Shown in pieces: positions 35,289 to 38,279 of a stretch of DNA of 38,279 nt. The DNA comes from Basidiobolus ranarum (taxonomy: Eukaryota). The stretch spans positions 1-38,279 of the forward strand of contig JASJQH010006923.1 in NCBI GenBank assembly GCA_040143965.1, written 5' to 3'. The position numbers were made by a program, and so were the translations under genes. How positions within the stretch are numbered: the first letter of the stretch is position 1; each line of letters begins with the position of its first letter. The notes under the pieces were generated by a model that saw only the letters and a list, made by a program, of their open reading frames with translations, was not told where the DNA came from and did no database searches.

Positions 35289-37752
35289 TCAGAAGGTGAA
35301 GCACTTTTGAAGGTCATATCCGAGCTTCTCTAGGTTAGGGATACAGGTGAATTTTAGCATAGGTGGTGGTCCGCTCATCAGAACTACTGTATCTTCTACT
35401 GGCTTAGGAAGGTGATTTCGAATCATTTCGTAAGTAATGAATCCAGTACTGTAGGGCCACTCTGAAAGATATGTTTCGTCTATAGTATACCATACTTTAA
35501 GTTGGTCGGGATTTTTGACAGATAACGTTTCCAACTCATCTCTTAACAGTATGTCTTCCTCGCTTTTGTTCGCAAATAAAAGTGAGATCTTGGTGTTTTC
35601 TGTAGGATCTTTCAGAATGGCACGGATCAACTGAAGCATTCGTGTAAGACCAGTCCCACCGGCAATCATGGCAAAGTTTCGAGCTTGACCCTTCAGGTGT
35701 TTGCGTTCGACTCGATAACGCCCGTGTCCATCATAATTGAACTCACCCATAGGACCTTTGACTTCAACGGTGTCTCCTATTTCAAGGGAGTCTAAGTATT
35801 GTGAAAACTTGCCGCCATTTGGGTACTTCGGATGAGTTCCTTTGAAGTATACCTTCACCGCTAGATCCAGGTGTCCCAAGTCAGCTTCGGTAGAAACAGG
35901 TGTATACGGACGAACAATGGTTCTTCCATTAATCTTGGCACGGAGTAGAATGTGCTTTCCAAGTGGAAGACCCATACGATGTTTGGGTGACGGTAAACCG
36001 AGACGAAAAAGTCGCGTATCCTTACTAAGTACAATCTTTTCAATGAGGGGAAAAGCAGTATATTTGAGTGGTGATAGCGCAACCAAATCATTAGGTTTGG
36101 CCACTTCCAAAATTGGCTCTTGACGAACAGAATCAGCGAGTCGGCCTATGCAGTAAGGCTCTAACATCTCAATTGCCCCAGACGAGTGAATATCCCCAAA
36201 TTCTCTAGTACAGTCTGTTCCGGCATTGGCGGCAATAGTTTCCATACCACCTGGATGAAGCTTGATAAAATCTGTACAGTCGTACACACGTCCGTATATA
36301 GATACCCATACATCATCAGGCTTGTGATGATTTGCAACATCTTCTGCGGTGAACACCCGCGGCCTAGGAATAATACATTTTCTCTTGACTGTAGTCTCTC
36401 CCTCTGAAGACTCGAATGGGTCCATTTTGCGTTTTCTCTTCTGGTTGATAGTTTGTTCTAACCAGCCAGAGTTGTCCACCTGGGAGATGGGATGCAAAAA
36501 TCTAATCATTTGATCTTGGTGACGATCTATCTCCACGGCAAGCTTGATTATCTGATAGTTGTCCATTCGAGATTTTGGAGTAGATTCGGAAGGCATGATA
36601 CGAATACATATATCTTCAGCACGAGCAAGGTCCGATGTTAATACTGTGAAAGACCAGAATGCCCAAGCCCACCATTTCTTGTTATTGGGTGAGCTTTGCT
36701 GGGGGCAAATATTACATCCGTGCCAGGTCTGACCCTGGTCAAAAGATACTTCCACCCCCTCTATCTTGCTTCCATCTCCACTAAACGCATATCCTCGAAG
36801 ATTGCATGCGCCTTGGGTCATATGTGCCAATTCTTTATGGCCAGGGATACATAATGTCGCATTAGGAGAAAGTACATCACTGCTAGGAACCTCATCGGCT
36901 GTTCCTTGAGAGAGGCCTTGGTTTTCGTATTTGTGATACCAGTTGTCACTTTCTTTGTTTGTAATAAAGATACGTTTGAGCCATTTCACCATGCGTCCAC
37001 CGATGTGACCTGGAGCAATGACACGTATGGGGAATCCATGGTCTGGTGTCAATCGTTCACCGTTCATTTCGTATGCTATAAGTATTTCTTGATCTGGGTC
37101 TAAACAGTGTGCTAGAGGGATACTAGTGCCGTAAGAACCATTTGGTAGTTGATCACATCCTTCGAAGTGGACATGCCATGTTTCATCTTCTGGCAATTGA
37201 TCGATCTCGCAAAAATCCAGTATATCTTTTAAATAAACCCCACCCCACATGGCAGTACTAGCTGCGACTTTTTTCCAAATGCCACTTGGCTGGTTTGGTG
37301 TTGATAATTCTTTGCGTCTGTTACCAGAACAAGCTAGGGTAACCGGAATTTCCACTTTCTTAAAGGAGGCTATTTCCTCCATAGTTAAATACTTGGATAT
37401 TGAGAGTCTACAGGAAGAAATATTCGTTTAGCAATGCTTCAAGATGTATGCATTGGAAGCGCTTAAGGTGCAACATTACTTACCCACAAACCTCAAGTAT
37501 GTGTGTTTCCCACTTGAGCCTTGGTACATAACCATGGTTTCTGACGTGATGTAAAGCGGTTGAGGTTATGTATCCGTCTTGATAAAGACGTTTGAGTGGA
37601 GGCTCCGCGTTAAACGGGTACTTTCCCGTAAGTCGTATTAAGGAAGGGTGACGAGGAATCCAGTCGTCAGCAGTGTCCTTATCTCGCTCATCGTATACTA
37701 ATTCTTTGTCAGCTTCAAACTGAGATATTGATTTCGATGAAGTCAAGCCCAT
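35289..37752 (-). CDS. Eukaryotic nitrate-reductase-like protein (Moco, dimerisation, cytochrome b5 and FAD/NAD domains), divergent. Exons 37752-37484 and 37407-35289
   Basis: DDWIPRHPSLIRLTGKYPFNAEPP, VRNHG, VTLACSGNRRKE, YGTSI, AYEMNGERLTPDHGFPIRVIAPGHIGGRMVKWLKRI, LRGYAFSG, b5 HPGG..FGDIHS, GLPLGKHI, RPYTP, GGKFSQYL, MIAGGTG, GPPPM. Confidence 0.9.
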
Positions 37753-37789
37753 CGCTTGAACTAAAAAAAACCGAACTGAACGTGAAAGA

Positions 37790-38134
37790 AGATAAAAGTT
37801 CCAACGAAAAAATAGTGACGGTGGTTATAGGTTTATCTGATTTGTTGAAAAGAATATTGAGTGGCTAGACACGACGATATACACTGAGCAAATCAAAGTA
37901 AGTTCTCGAAGCAAACTCAAATCCAATGAAATGATAATCAAGTATTTATTTACATAGAACCACTAAGGATACGATGCCCCTACACCTAAATAATTCACTA
38001 TTTATCTCGTGATAACCGTTTCTGGCCCGGTCTAGACAGTATCTCAGTCATCCACTTGCAGATATACTAGATGCCACAGCCCAGAACATGGATTCATATA
38101 TGAACTGATCCATCTCCGTGACAATTTCCGTGAC
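37790..38134. promoter_or_regulatory. GATA-site cluster and repeated TCCGTGAC element upstream of the nitrate-reductase-like gene
   Basis: HGATAR at 37790, 37833, 37932, 38002 and 38010; TCCGTGAC at 38115-38122 and 38127-38134. Confidence 0.5.
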
Positions 38135-38279
38135 TTAAAGCAGATGATCAGTTGATTAGTCCCTGCTTTGTTTACCAATTCCTACCATCGACAGCGAGAC
38201 GACAACTGAGAACGTGGACTCCTCCAGTGGATAGGCCAAATTGAAAGAAATAGTGCATATCCTCGCTATTTGGTGCATG

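Overview
Eukaryotic, AT-rich, gene-dense genomic DNA with many short (about 50-90 nt) GT-AG introns. Gene content and style (a fungal Zn2Cys6 factor and a GPI wall protein alongside animal-like RBM39, ZNF830, THADA and a SMARCC with its N-terminal module) point to an early-diverging fungus; this is inference. About 16 protein genes, in order: 3' part of a peroxisomal ABCD/Pxa2 transporter (+); Ser/Thr-rich GPI-type protein (-); an orphan ORF (+); a Zn2Cys6 transcription factor (-); two tandem F-box/LRR paralogues (-); RBM39/Rsd1 (-); LLP/DUF2423 protein (+); THADA/Trm732 (+); ZNF830 (-); UBA2 (-); NDUFA12 (-); SMARCC/Swi3 (+); YOP1/REEP (+); cyclin K/Pch1-like (+); a nitrate-reductase-like Moco/cytochrome b5/FAD protein (-). 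No rRNA, tRNA, transposon or CRISPR feature is supported. Most interesting: (1) a strongly atypical nitrate-reductase-like enzyme with a remodelled substrate region, an N-myristoylation motif and a basic hinge; (2) a Zn2Cys6 factor with Cys-Pro heme-regulatory-like motifs under clustered ATCWGATAA iron-repressor-type sites; (3) mosaic identity, resembling gene conversion, between the F-box paralogues; (4) a hybrid animal/fungal SMARCC architecture. All exon boundaries were called by eye and family assignments are from recalled motifs, not database searches.
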